A DNA stretch of 64,000 bases from Mariniblastus sp. GTDB lineage: Bacteria; Planctomycetota; Planctomycetia; Pirellulales; Pirellulaceae. Of the stretch, positions 10,569 to 19,965 are shown piece by piece. The stretch spans positions 20,646 through 84,645 of the forward strand of contig JANNPW010000050.1 of assembly GCA_031400405.1 (NCBI GenBank), in the 5' to 3' direction. Numbering within the stretch: the stretch's first letter is position 1; each line of letters begins with the position of its first letter. Under the pieces are notes generated by a model, which worked only from the letters and a program-made list of their open reading frames with translations, had not been told where the DNA came from and did no database searches. The position numbers and the translations under genes were made by a program.

Positions 10569-10985
10569 CTAACAAAATGGCCGGATTGCTTCGATGAACT
10601 TCGACGGAGTGACAATCGACTCGGCCGGCTTGCCATGTTCAAACTTGCAACACACAGTGGTAATTGAACCGTCCGCAATCGCAGTCGTGCCACGAGAGAA
10701 TTGAAAACTATAAGTGATACTTTTGGAACCGATTCGGCTCACCGAAAGTTGAACGTCAATCAGGTCTTCAAAGCGAATTGCGTTCCGGTAGTTACAACTG
10801 GCATTGACCCGGGGGAAGCTAATACGTTGGTCGTCGATCTCACAAATCACCCCGAGTCCGAGGCTGCGCAGGAATGCATGCTCAGCTTGTTCCATGTAGA
10901 CAAAAAAATTCGAAAAATGGACAATTCCAGCCGCGTCCGTATCGCGAAATTCGACCATTCGGCGAGTATGAAAAATTTCCGGCAT
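10569..10985 (-). CDS. Acyl-CoA thioesterase (4HBT/YbgC family)
   Basis: RMVEFRDTDAAGIVHFSNFFVYMEQAE hot-dog-fold motif; start placed at MPEIF. Confidence 0.88.
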   Translation of the reverse strand: MPEIFHTRRMVEFRDTDAAGIVHFSNFFVYMEQAEHAFLRSLGLGVICEIDDQRISFPRVNASCNYRNAIRFEDLIDVQLSVSRIGSKSITYSFQFSRGTTAIADGSITTVCCKFEHGKPAESIVTPSKFIEAIRPFC

Positions 10986-11007
10986 GTGAATCTTGAAAGT
11001 GTGAGTG

Positions 11008-11046
11008 AAAAACAAAAAAGCCTGCCCAGCGGATGCCGGGCAGGCC
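11008..11046 (-). terminator. Intrinsic terminator after rpsR
   Basis: Minus strand gcctgcccggc-atcc-gctgggcaggc followed by ttttttgttttt. Confidence 0.8.
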
Positions 11047-11137
11047 TGTCGGTTGCATCGTTAGATTCGCGGGAATTTGAATTTGAACGATTTAGGGTGG
11101 GCAACCGCTTGAAGTTTGGTGAATCTAGCCGGCCCCA

Positions 11138-11407
11138 TTAATCGCCGACGAAGGGTAGTAGTGCCATGAATCGAGCACGCTTCACAGCATCGGTCACCGA
11201 ATGTTGGCTGATTGCCGTACAGCCAGTCTTACGACGTCCGACAATTCTACCATGCCGGTTGACCAGTTTTTTCAACAGTTCGACATCTTTGTAATCAACA
11301 TACATTGGGCTTGGCCGTTCACCATCCACGTACAATGGGTCTTTGCGAACAGTTCTTGTTTTTGTTTTGGCTTTTTTGCGAACGAATTTTTTCTTGAATT
11401 TACCCAA
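11138..11407 (-). CDS. rpsR: 30S ribosomal protein S18
   Basis: [27 protein letters not shown]…Q…[13 protein letters not shown] is the S18 signature; TTG start with an upstream AAGGG. Confidence 0.93.
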   Translation of the reverse strand: MGKFKKKFVRKKAKTKTRTVRKDPLYVDGERPSPMYVDYKDVELLKKLVNRHGRIVGRRKTGCTAISQHSVTDAVKRARFMALLPFVGD

Positions 11408-11770
11408 AGAACTAGCACCCTTAAATGATTACCGGGGACGAGACGAGTTTAGCGCCCTGCCACCTGAGAACAGTTGATTTTTACTGCGTCGAATAAGCTC
11501 CATTATGCAAATTCCACGGTCATCCGCAACCCGATTTTTTCACAGAAGCCTCTTTTCTTGCTTTCGAATTGCCAACTAAGACCCAGCCGAATTTCGATGA
11601 GATTCTGGGAAACCAGGGTTTTTTGACCTCTATCAAAGCGCGTCTGGTAATTAATCGGTACAATCAAACAGGACTCGGAGTTTTGACAATCTGGTCCATT
11701 AACTGGCCATTTCCCGGGGAAAACGTCCGGAGAGCTAAAACGGCCGTTCACACATAAGGAACTCAAGCAC

Positions 11771-12694
11771 GTGTTATTCTCGTATAAGGCCATCGCGACG
11801 TTATTAGTATTCAATTTCCCGGTGGTTGCCTTGTCTTACGGCCAGGAAAAGTCCTCGACCGTTCCGGCGGTGCCAAAGAGTCAAAGTAAGGTACAGGAAA
11901 AAGCCCAATCGTCGGGTACGGCAGGCGAAGTCGCGCCGGTCGAAGTCGGCGGTCAGTGGATCCAGCTGTTTAACGGCCAGGATCTAACGGGTTGGACACC
12001 CAAGATTGTCGGTCACCCGTTAGGCGACAATTACGGGGATACATTTCGGGTTGTGGATGGATTGTTGACCGTGGCCTACGACAAATATGTCGAGAACGAT
12101 TTTCTATCTCAAGATGGCTCGGGAAATCCCGATTTCAACAAATTCGGGCATCTGTTTTACAAAGACGTATTTTCACATTACCTGTTGCGGGTCGAATACC
12201 GCTTTGTTGGTGATCAAGTCAAAAACGGTCCCGGTTGGGCGTTTCGCAATAACGGCTTGATGTTGCATGGCCAAGATCCGACGAACATGGCAATCGGTCA
12301 AGCGTTTCCCGTATCGATCGAAGTTCAATTGCTCGGTGGTGATGGAACACACGATCGAACCACATTGAATTTGTGTACGCCTGGCACGAACGTTGTTCTC
12401 GCTGGAAAATTATGTCTGGACCATTGCTCCAGCAGCAAGTCACCGACCTTTCATGGAGATCAATGGGTGACAGTCGAAGTAGAAGTGCGCGGCAATGAAA
12501 TCATCCGCCATCGCGTCGGTGACCAAGTGGTCCTGGAATATTCGCAGCCCCAGTACGACCAGCGGGATGCCGATGCTCGCGCCTTGATCGTTAATGACGA
12601 ATTGTTGATCCGCCGTGGTACCATCTCATTGCAATCCGAAAGTCACGGCACGCAGTTCCGCAAAATCGAACTGCAGGAACTGCCGCACCAATAA
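11771..12694 (+). CDS. DUF1080 (3-keto-disaccharide hydrolase-like) secreted protein
   Basis: WIQLFNGQDLTGW, FGHLFY, LRVEYRF, NNGLMLH, SIEVQLLG, ISLQSESHGTQFRKIEL; hydrophobic N-terminus. Confidence 0.88.
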   Translation: MLFSYKAIATLLVFNFPVVALSYGQEKSSTVPAVPKSQSKVQEKAQSSGTAGEVAPVEVGGQWIQLFNGQDLTGWTPKIVGHPLGDNYGDTFRVVDGLLTVAYDKYVENDFLSQDGSGNPDFNKFGHLFYKDVFSHYLLRVEYRFVGDQVKNGPGWAFRNNGLMLHGQDPTNMAIGQAFPVSIEVQLLGGDGTHDRTTLNLCTPGTNVVLAGKLCLDHCSSSKSPTFHGDQWVTVEVEVRGNEIIRHRVGDQVVLEYSQPQYDQRDADARALIVNDELLIRRGTISLQSESHGTQFRKIELQELPHQ

Positions 12695-12768
12695 TTCTCA
12701 GTTTTCAAAGACCTGCCGCGCGAACAAAACCTGGTCAGTTACCGTCAGTCCGACCGGCGATTGTTCGG

Positions 12769-14757
12769 TTAGTGCCAGTTTGCTTCTTCCCAGACTGTGT
12801 GATAAGCGTCGATTGATTCGACGTATTTCAGAAACAAGCGATAAAATTCGTGCCCGCCCAGTGTTGCGCTATCGCCAATCACCACCAGTTTGCGCCGCGC
12901 CCGGGTTAGCGCGACATTCATCCTGCGCGCATCGGCCAGAAAGCCAATTTCGTGTTTTTGATTGGATCGAACCAGCGTAATGATGATCACTTCTTTCTCA
13001 CGGCCTTGAAATCCGTCGACGGTATCGATCTCAATCGCTTTGAGTGATGGGCGGCGGGCCAGCGAATCGGTGTTGTCGGAAACAAATTCAAGTGTGCGAG
13101 TCGCATTGACTGTGTTTAACATTTCGCGAAGCAACCGAACCTGGGCTGCATAGGGCGCGATGACGGCAATTTCCGAACTGGGAACTCCCGCGTCAACCAA
13201 TCGCTGCACCAAATCCAGTACGATGCGGGCCTCACCTGGATTTCGTTTGCTTTGTCCATCCGGTTCAACTTCCTCGTCCAAACTCGCTCCCGCCGTGTCG
13301 ATGAAACGCACGGGTACTTGGGTTAACTCACTTTCGACCACTCCCCCGAGGTCGGCCAATAAATGGCTACGGACCGAATCATGTGCCAATAACTGATTGT
13401 GATAGAAACGTTGCGACGAAAAATTCATGATTTTTTCGTGCATTCGATACTGAACATTCAACAACTTGGTTACGGTGTCACCATAAATTTCAATTTGGCG
13501 TTCCATCAGGCTTTTGGCGAACCCTCGTTTGGCGGCTTCGTCAGAAATCACGGTCGGTGGCAATTGTTGGTGATCGCCAGCCATGACGAGTTTGTCTCCG
13601 CGCAACAACGGCACCCAACAACCCGGCTCAGTGCTTTGACAGGCTTCGTCGATCACGATCAAATCGAACCAGCGATCACCCAGTAAATCATCGCTGAACG
13701 AGGTCGTCCCACAAATTACATCCGCTCGATTCAAAATGGAATCAATCGCCTGTCGTTCCAATCGCCGCGCGTCGCCAAGCAGTTGTTTGGCGTCGTCCCG
13801 CATCTCTTTCCGCTCACCGCGCTCGCGTTTTGCGCGAGTCCATTTATCGGACTTTCGAAAAGTCATTTCAGCCTCGCGAATCAAGCGGCGAATCACCGGC
13901 ATGTTTTCATGCTGTTCGACCAATCCGTCAAGCGAATGATCGCGGAGGGATTCCGCGACCCGGGCCGGATGCCCTATTCGAACGGCTCGTTGGCGGGCCG
14001 CGACCAATTTTTCGAGCAAGTTGTCGACGGCCGTATTGCTCGGCGCAACAGCCAGTACTTTTTCGCCACGTCGAATCGCTTGAATGATGAACTCGACCAC
14101 CGTGGTCGTTTTGCCCGTTCCAGGGGGACCGTGGATGATGGCCAAATCCTGAGCGGACAGCGCAAATTGGACAGCGGCCTGTTGCGAAGGATTCAGCGCA
14201 GTGTGGAACTCGCATGACGGCAGTTCGGAAAATCCGGGCTGACGTTCGCCCATCAACACAGCGCGCAACAATCCCAACCGCCCGCGCGAATCTTTGGCGA
14301 GCGAAATAGCCGCCAGCTGTCGTTGCCGAGTCACCTCATCAGCGGTCAGGTCGATGCGAAAGCAATCGCCGTCGGGCCTGTGTGCCAAGGCAACTTGAAT
14401 CGAGTCTCTCGTCAGACGGCTGACCACGCCGGATTCTGACCCGCTGGAGTCGTCCGGGAATTCTGACACGATGACTGGCGAGCCGACACGTAAGCGATGC
14501 CAGGGAAACGATTGTTCCTGATTGCGGCGCCGAAACGTCACCAACGTCCGCTGCCCCAAGCCTGGTACATGATCGACCAGAGCCAGATCGAGAATCGTCT
14601 CTCCCGATTTCTCCGCGTCTGCTGAATTTTTTTGTTGACGGCGTTCCGCCATGCGCGTAATTTCCGCGACGGATTCCAGCGCCAACCATTCCATCATGTT
14701 GATGAAATGGGTATCGGTTGCATTCGAGGAGAATTTATTGCGTTTGCGAGATGACAT
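12769..14757 (-). CDS. SF1 helicase, Upf1/IGHMBP2/DNA2-like
   Basis: LNPSQ Q-motif, IHGPPGTGKTTT, APSNTAVDNL, IDEACQ, GDHQQLPP, QYRMH, TVDGFQGREKE, RRMNVALTRAR. Confidence 0.9.
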   Translation of the reverse strand: MSSRKRNKFSSNATDTHFINMMEWLALESVAEITRMAERRQQKNSADAEKSGETILDLALVDHVPGLGQRTLVTFRRRNQEQSFPWHRLRVGSPVIVSEFPDDSSGSESGVVSRLTRDSIQVALAHRPDGDCFRIDLTADEVTRQRQLAAISLAKDSRGRLGLLRAVLMGERQPGFSELPSCEFHTALNPSQQAAVQFALSAQDLAIIHGPPGTGKTTTVVEFIIQAIRRGEKVLAVAPSNTAVDNLLEKLVAARQRAVRIGHPARVAESLRDHSLDGLVEQHENMPVIRRLIREAEMTFRKSDKWTRAKRERGERKEMRDDAKQLLGDARRLERQAIDSILNRADVICGTTSFSDDLLGDRWFDLIVIDEACQSTEPGCWVPLLRGDKLVMAGDHQQLPPTVISDEAAKRGFAKSLMERQIEIYGDTVTKLLNVQYRMHEKIMNFSSQRFYHNQLLAHDSVRSHLLADLGGVVESELTQVPVRFIDTAGASLDEEVEPDGQSKRNPGEARIVLDLVQRLVDAGVPSSEIAVIAPYAAQVRLLREMLNTVNATRTLEFVSDNTDSLARRPSLKAIEIDTVDGFQGREKEVIIITLVRSNQKHEIGFLADARRMNVALTRARRKLVVIGDSATLGGHEFYRLFLKYVESIDAYHTVWEEANWH

Positions 14758-15095
14758 GCACGTTTACCGACTTGAAAAACGCGACTCCCAAGGATGGAAT
14801 CGCGGGGGCATGCATGGCTGAATCGAACCTCATCCAGTTGCCAGGGGAACTCAATCAAAAAACTTTTGTAAGGTCGATTTGCTCGGTGGATGTGTTATCG
14901 TTCCAGTCCCAACGATCCTGGCGGGTTGCGATCAAAACAAACACCAATGTCCAATCACATTTTTCATGAAAATCATTGCTGGTGAAATGGAGGGGATAGC
15001 TTGGGCTTGGAAAGTCTAGTCGATGCGGAGGGGAGTTGGGAATAACAAGGGAAGTTTCGCCGCTGGTCGGGCCGAATGTCGAGCGATTCAACGAT

Positions 15096-15719
15096 TCAGT
15101 TTTCGCTGACAATCTCCAACAATTCGATGGCTGGCCGACCGTCACAATAAATCAAAGCTGTCCTGCCATAACAAACGTGTGGATCGAATTTGTCTTGGGC
15201 TCCTAATACTACTTTACGCCCTTCATCGGGCAGTTCGCCGGTTGAGTTGGTTGGTTTTGAAAGCGTGCCGTGCAGCCAACGGGTTAGTTCTGCTCCCGGC
15301 ACAATCGCGAACAGGTCAACCAGCTTAACGACTCGCAAGACGTCCTGTTCAATCAGGATTCGCCCCAGCGGTAGGTCCTGATTTCGCACCTGAACGTTGA
15401 CCGGTTTCGTCAATAAACTCAGATCCAAACGGACGATTCCAAACATGACAACTCGATGGTCAGTTTGTCGCGACAAGACGATCTGGCGGGAGTAATGATC
15501 GCCATCGGTCCGAGATTGCAACACTTGGAGGTCGACCTCACAACCATGAAACCGTTCGACGGTAACTGTCATATGGTGATCGTGCGCCAACAACTGGCGA
15601 CTGATCGCCGGCATTTCGGTGGCCCTGATTTTCGTAAACCGGCCGAATTCATGGGGCGCCGCATAGAACAGCCCGATCAGCTGATCAAGTTCAACGTCAG
15701 CGGAATCGGCTGATTTCAA
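15096..15719 (-). CDS. Hypothetical protein, possible chorismate-lyase (UbiC-like) fold
   Basis: LLAHDHHMTVTVE…YSRQIVL…VMFGIVR…PLGRILI pattern resembles UbiC/DUF98 (SxT…REIxL…PLGxxL); recognised by eye only. Confidence 0.5.
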   Translation of the reverse strand: MKSADSADVELDQLIGLFYAAPHEFGRFTKIRATEMPAISRQLLAHDHHMTVTVERFHGCEVDLQVLQSRTDGDHYSRQIVLSRQTDHRVVMFGIVRLDLSLLTKPVNVQVRNQDLPLGRILIEQDVLRVVKLVDLFAIVPGAELTRWLHGTLSKPTNSTGELPDEGRKVVLGAQDKFDPHVCYGRTALIYCDGRPAIELLEIVSEN

Positions 15720-15750
15720 ATTTCAATTCCTCAATGGTTCTTCAGAAACT

Positions 15751-16905
15751 CTACCTGCCGGGAGTCTGGTACGGATTTCCTGATTCAACGACCGCCGCCA
15801 GTGGTACATTGTCGTCGTTTTTCGATCGCCAATGCAAGTCCATCGCCTCGGCTATAAACCGATTGGCGATGGCTTGATCGGCAAATATCCGACGCGGAAT
15901 CAAATTCAATTGTTGATTGATCGTCTTAAAACCAAAAAAGTCCGGACTGTGAAAAATTCCACCAACGTCGCGCCAGTCCGATAACAGGACGCCCTGCCGA
16001 TCTCCGACGGACCATCCGGTCGCGGTCAATCGCAGTTCGCATTCGTCGGTTGGAACTTTGCTGTTGGATGATCGACGACGGAGGAGGAGGGCCGCTCTGC
16101 TGTAAATCAGCACTAAAAAAAACGGCAATACCCAACCGGCCACAACCGGCAACAGATATTCAGCCTTTCGCCGCGGTCGTTCGAAAGTATCCCAATTCAA
16201 ATAGATCAATAGACCCATCGCCAGTGCGAATAACAGCCAGCCCAAGACGCGGCGAGTTTGCTTCGTTGCCGGGGGCGATGTCGAGCCGGACCGTATTAAT
16301 TCGAATTTAGACTTGCGCGCCAAATCCAAATCATCTGCCCGATACTTAAATCGATAGGTCGGAAATGGCGATTTGTTTTCGAAAATCTGTTGATACAAAT
16401 CGACCGCCCTTGCCGGCGGCGGTTGATTCTTCACGCGTCGAAAAAACTCACGACACTCATCGACCTGTGATCCCAAGACACGTTTGGGGATCAGCCAGGT
16501 TCGAGCCAAACGACTGAGCTGGAATGCGTCCTTGGTTTCACGGATCTCGTCAATCAACTCCCACTGGACTTGGCACACCGAATGGGAAAACGAATGCTGA
16601 AAATCGTCGTCCGACATTCGTATGACTTGATCGTATCCCACCGGAAAGCCCGTTCGATAAACCAACGCATGCAGTGCCGAGGCCAGCATCATCAAGGTCA
16701 TGACGCCAAACCAAACCAGCGATAGGCCAGCATTGAGCCACCAAAAGATCAACAACGATGGCAACACGCAAACCACGATCAACAAAAATACTTTCCATCG
16801 CTGCGGAACCGCGCCGCCATTGACGCGCAGGCTGTCTCGAAACTCATCATCGGTATAACGAAATTGGAATTGCATTGCAGATGAACTTAAACTTCGAAAA
16901 AACAT
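15751..16905 (-). CDS. Membrane protein with two tandem TM-hairpin + YcxB-like modules
   Basis: Two repeats of F-x-Y-x-x-DD + 2 TM + beta-rich W-x-x-I…IPKR/IPRR segment. Confidence 0.55.
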   Translation of the reverse strand: MFFRSLSSSAMQFQFRYTDDEFRDSLRVNGGAVPQRWKVFLLIVVCVLPSLLIFWWLNAGLSLVWFGVMTLMMLASALHALVYRTGFPVGYDQVIRMSDDDFQHSFSHSVCQVQWELIDEIRETKDAFQLSRLARTWLIPKRVLGSQVDECREFFRRVKNQPPPARAVDLYQQIFENKSPFPTYRFKYRADDLDLARKSKFELIRSGSTSPPATKQTRRVLGWLLFALAMGLLIYLNWDTFERPRRKAEYLLPVVAGWVLPFFLVLIYSRAALLLRRRSSNSKVPTDECELRLTATGWSVGDRQGVLLSDWRDVGGIFHSPDFFGFKTINQQLNLIPRRIFADQAIANRFIAEAMDLHWRSKNDDNVPLAAVVESGNPYQTPGR

Positions 16906-16992
16906 TCAATCGTATTGCTTGATCGGTGGCAGCCACTGTGGCGGTGCCTGCTTGTCGAACCGAACGAGCGTTTGGCACCAGTAATTACCAGA

Positions 16993-18945
16993 CTAACTTT
17001 GGCTCAATTCGTGCACGGCATCCACTAGCGCAATCGCGTTTTCAACAGGCGTCTGTGGCAAGATTCCATGCCCTAAATTGAATATGTGCCCGGGCCGACC
17101 CGCAGCCTGATCGAGCACAAACTTGGTCTGCCGTGTTATCTCCTGTCGATCGGTCAATAGAACGGTTGGATCCAAATTTCCCTGGACTGATCGATCATAT
17201 CCGACCGTCTGCCACGCGTCATCCAAGCGGACTCGCCAGTCAATGCCGATGACCGCCGCTCGCGTATCAGCCAGTAATGGCAGCAAGGCAGGATTACCGG
17301 TCGCGAAATTGATGACCGGAACACTCTTGGGCAGGCTGGCAATGATCTGTTTGACGTACGGATGCACAAATTTCTTGTAGTCTGTCACACCCAGACAACC
17401 GACCCATGAATCGAACAGCTGCACACACTGCGCACCGGCAGCAATTTGTCCGTTCAGGTAAATAGAAATTGAAACGGACAAGTGCTGCATCAACTGGTCC
17501 CAGGCTCCGTGGTCAGTGTACATCAATTTTTTCGTATGCGCGAAATTTCGACTGGCCCCGCCTTCAATCATGTAACTCGCCAAGGTGAACGGTGCACCGG
17601 CAAAACCAATCAAGGGCAGATCTTCGGGAAGATCCTGACGCGTTTGAGTTACCGTTTCCATCACAAATTGCAATTCCGCATTCGATTCGAGTGGTTTGAC
17701 TCGATCGATATCCGCCGTCGAACGAATGGGATTGTGAATCACGGGCCCATCGCCTTTGGCGAATTCTAAATCCATACCCATCGGCACCAACATGGGCAGC
17801 AGGTCCGAAAAAATAATCGCGGCGTCAACGCCCAAGCGTTTGACGGCGGTACACATGACTTCGCTACACAGCTGCGGATTGGCACATAGATCGAGAAACG
17901 AAATCTGGTCCCGAATTTGACGATACTCCGCCATGTATCGACCGGCTTGCCGCATTAACCAAACTGGCGTGATGTCGGTTGGCTCGCCCCGGCAGGCTTT
18001 CATGAATGGGCTGTCATACCACGGCGCATTTGGATCGCTGCCGCTGGTCGCCGGCCCCGACAGACTGAGGCGGATCCGTTGCTTTTGTTGCTGGATTTCA
18101 ACCAGCCGTTCACTGATCTCAGCGATGGCCTCCGTCAAGCCTGTCGCCACGGTAGTATAGTCGACCGGAATTTGGCGATCCTGCAACAGTTCGCTGGACT
18201 CCGGCCCGATCGCCAACACTAGATGGTTGTCCAGCAAATGCCTGATCAAACGAGACCGACCAAACGACTGGGCCAAAAAGTAATATCGCGCTACGCTGGC
18301 CGGAGATGTAAATAGCATTATGGGAAAGGTCGCGGTTTCGAGCTGTTCGAAAAAATTGACGGCCGCCGAATCCTGAGCCGGACGAACTTGTGGATAAACT
18401 GGCAGGCGAAACACTCGACCACCTCGCGCCTCGAGTCCGGCGCTCAAACCATGAATCGAATCAGATTCTTCCAATCCGACATTAAAATTGCTAACGCGAA
18501 TTTTTTGGTCGATCGCAATCAGCAGATCGCGCCAGGCAGTAGCCCGCTTAATCGTAATTGTCGGCTCAATTCCCTGTTGGCGAAATGACTCCGCCGCAGC
18601 CTGCGAACCAGCAATCGTTGTGATATCGCTAAGTGCGTCCAAACAACGTTGACGATCCACGTGTCGAGCCGCTTGTTCGATCAAGTAATTGACTCCGGTC
18701 GCCGTAACGAAGACGACGATTTCAATTTGGCCGGTCAGCAATTGATTGACAAAATCCGATATCGATTGATGCTCAACTTGCAATAATTTTTTTTCGTCGC
18801 TGGTGGTATGCGTCACACAAATCGATGTGGTGCCACCTTGGGATTCGATCGAACGACGCAATAGATCATCGTGTTCACTGGAAAGAGCGCCACAGCTAAC
18901 TCCGGCAAGTCCGGAATTTCGGGGGTTTGGTGTTGGTTCGGTCAT
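16993..18945 (-). CDS. hemE: Fused uroporphyrinogen-III synthase-like (HemD, N-terminal) and uroporphyrinogen decarboxylase (HemE, C-terminal)
   Basis: C-terminal PVWLMRQAGRYMAEY, DAAIIFSDLL, LIGFAGAPFTLASY, VQLFDSW, VQGNLDP, HIFNLGHGI are HemE motifs; N-terminal ~290 aa has HemD-like VVFVTATGV, LEARGGRVFRLPVY, MLFTSPASV, AIGPESSELL. Confidence 0.88.
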   Translation of the reverse strand: MTEPTPNPRNSGLAGVSCGALSSEHDDLLRRSIESQGGTTSICVTHTTSDEKKLLQVEHQSISDFVNQLLTGQIEIVVFVTATGVNYLIEQAARHVDRQRCLDALSDITTIAGSQAAAESFRQQGIEPTITIKRATAWRDLLIAIDQKIRVSNFNVGLEESDSIHGLSAGLEARGGRVFRLPVYPQVRPAQDSAAVNFFEQLETATFPIMLFTSPASVARYYFLAQSFGRSRLIRHLLDNHLVLAIGPESSELLQDRQIPVDYTTVATGLTEAIAEISERLVEIQQQKQRIRLSLSGPATSGSDPNAPWYDSPFMKACRGEPTDITPVWLMRQAGRYMAEYRQIRDQISFLDLCANPQLCSEVMCTAVKRLGVDAAIIFSDLLPMLVPMGMDLEFAKGDGPVIHNPIRSTADIDRVKPLESNAELQFVMETVTQTRQDLPEDLPLIGFAGAPFTLASYMIEGGASRNFAHTKKLMYTDHGAWDQLMQHLSVSISIYLNGQIAAGAQCVQLFDSWVGCLGVTDYKKFVHPYVKQIIASLPKSVPVINFATGNPALLPLLADTRAAVIGIDWRVRLDDAWQTVGYDRSVQGNLDPTVLLTDRQEITRQTKFVLDQAAGRPGHIFNLGHGILPQTPVENAIALVDAVHELSQS

Positions 18946-19179
18946 CCCGACAATTTAACGCTAATCGTCACGGAACAGAAGTTGTCGAGCGATTGGGTTT
19001 CAGCTTGAATTGCACTAGAATGTCACTTCTGGAAGATCGGCCAGGTGGAGTTTCCGTTTTGGCCGAAACCACGTCAGGACTTTGTTGGTCGTCGTGGTTG
19101 GTCTCCGAGCGTGTCCTGCCAATCGAGGCGGCCGTATTCCAGATTGCCACCAAAACACAATTGCAGTGGAACGACTACG

Positions 19180-19965
19180 ATGCTGTTAAATGAACCAGGT
19201 CGAACGGATTACGATTTGACCTTCAACCTGTTTGGGTTTGAAGTTCGTACGCATCCAGCATTTTTTATCATGCCGATTTTGTTAGGGCGGGGTTTTTTGT
19301 CAGCATTTCAGAATTCGGTCAACACGGGTGTGGGCTGGTTGGTGTTGATTGCGGTTTTCTGGCTGTCAGTTTTGATTCATGAATTGGGACATACGTTTGC
19401 ATTTCGGTTTTATGGAATCCATTCGCGAATTGTGTTGTATTGGATGGGTGGATTGGCGATTCCGGATGGCGCGAATGTGTGGCGATCCCGGCGGTCGAAT
19501 TCGCTGCGGCCTGGCCAACAAATCGTGGTGTCACTGGCGGGGCCGGTCGCCGGATTGTTGTTGTCTGGCGTGTTGTGCTTGCTGGTGTATACCTTGGGAG
19601 GACGAATCGGTTTCGGAAATTTTTTGTTGCCGATCCCGTTACCCGACTTTGAAGGAGCTGTCATCCCCACAGCGGGCGTGGTCGCCCTGATTTTTTGGTC
19701 GGGAATTTTGTTGAATTTTCTCATGAATCTCTTCAATCTGGTGCCGATCTTTCCGTTGGACGGTGGTCAGATCGCGCGGCAAATCATGATTCAAGCGGAT
19801 CCTCGCGAGGGCCTGAGAAACAGTATTTTCCTGTCGTTGGCCGCTTGTGTTGGCATGATTTTGCTGTGTTTGAAGTTTGGCAATGAATTTGGCGCGATCT
19901 TTTTTGGCTTCATGGCCTTTTCCAACTATCAATCCCTTCAGGGTTTGGGTGGGTCGCGTTGGTGA
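19180..19965 (+). CDS. Site-2 protease family (M50) intramembrane metalloprotease
   Basis: VLIHELGH (HExxH), VSLAGP, FNLVPIFPLDGG (NxxPxxxxDG); start placed at MLLNEP. Confidence 0.9.
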   Translation: MLLNEPGRTDYDLTFNLFGFEVRTHPAFFIMPILLGRGFLSAFQNSVNTGVGWLVLIAVFWLSVLIHELGHTFAFRFYGIHSRIVLYWMGGLAIPDGANVWRSRRSNSLRPGQQIVVSLAGPVAGLLLSGVLCLLVYTLGGRIGFGNFLLPIPLPDFEGAVIPTAGVVALIFWSGILLNFLMNLFNLVPIFPLDGGQIARQIMIQADPREGLRNSIFLSLAACVGMILLCLKFGNEFGAIFFGFMAFSNYQSLQGLGGSRW

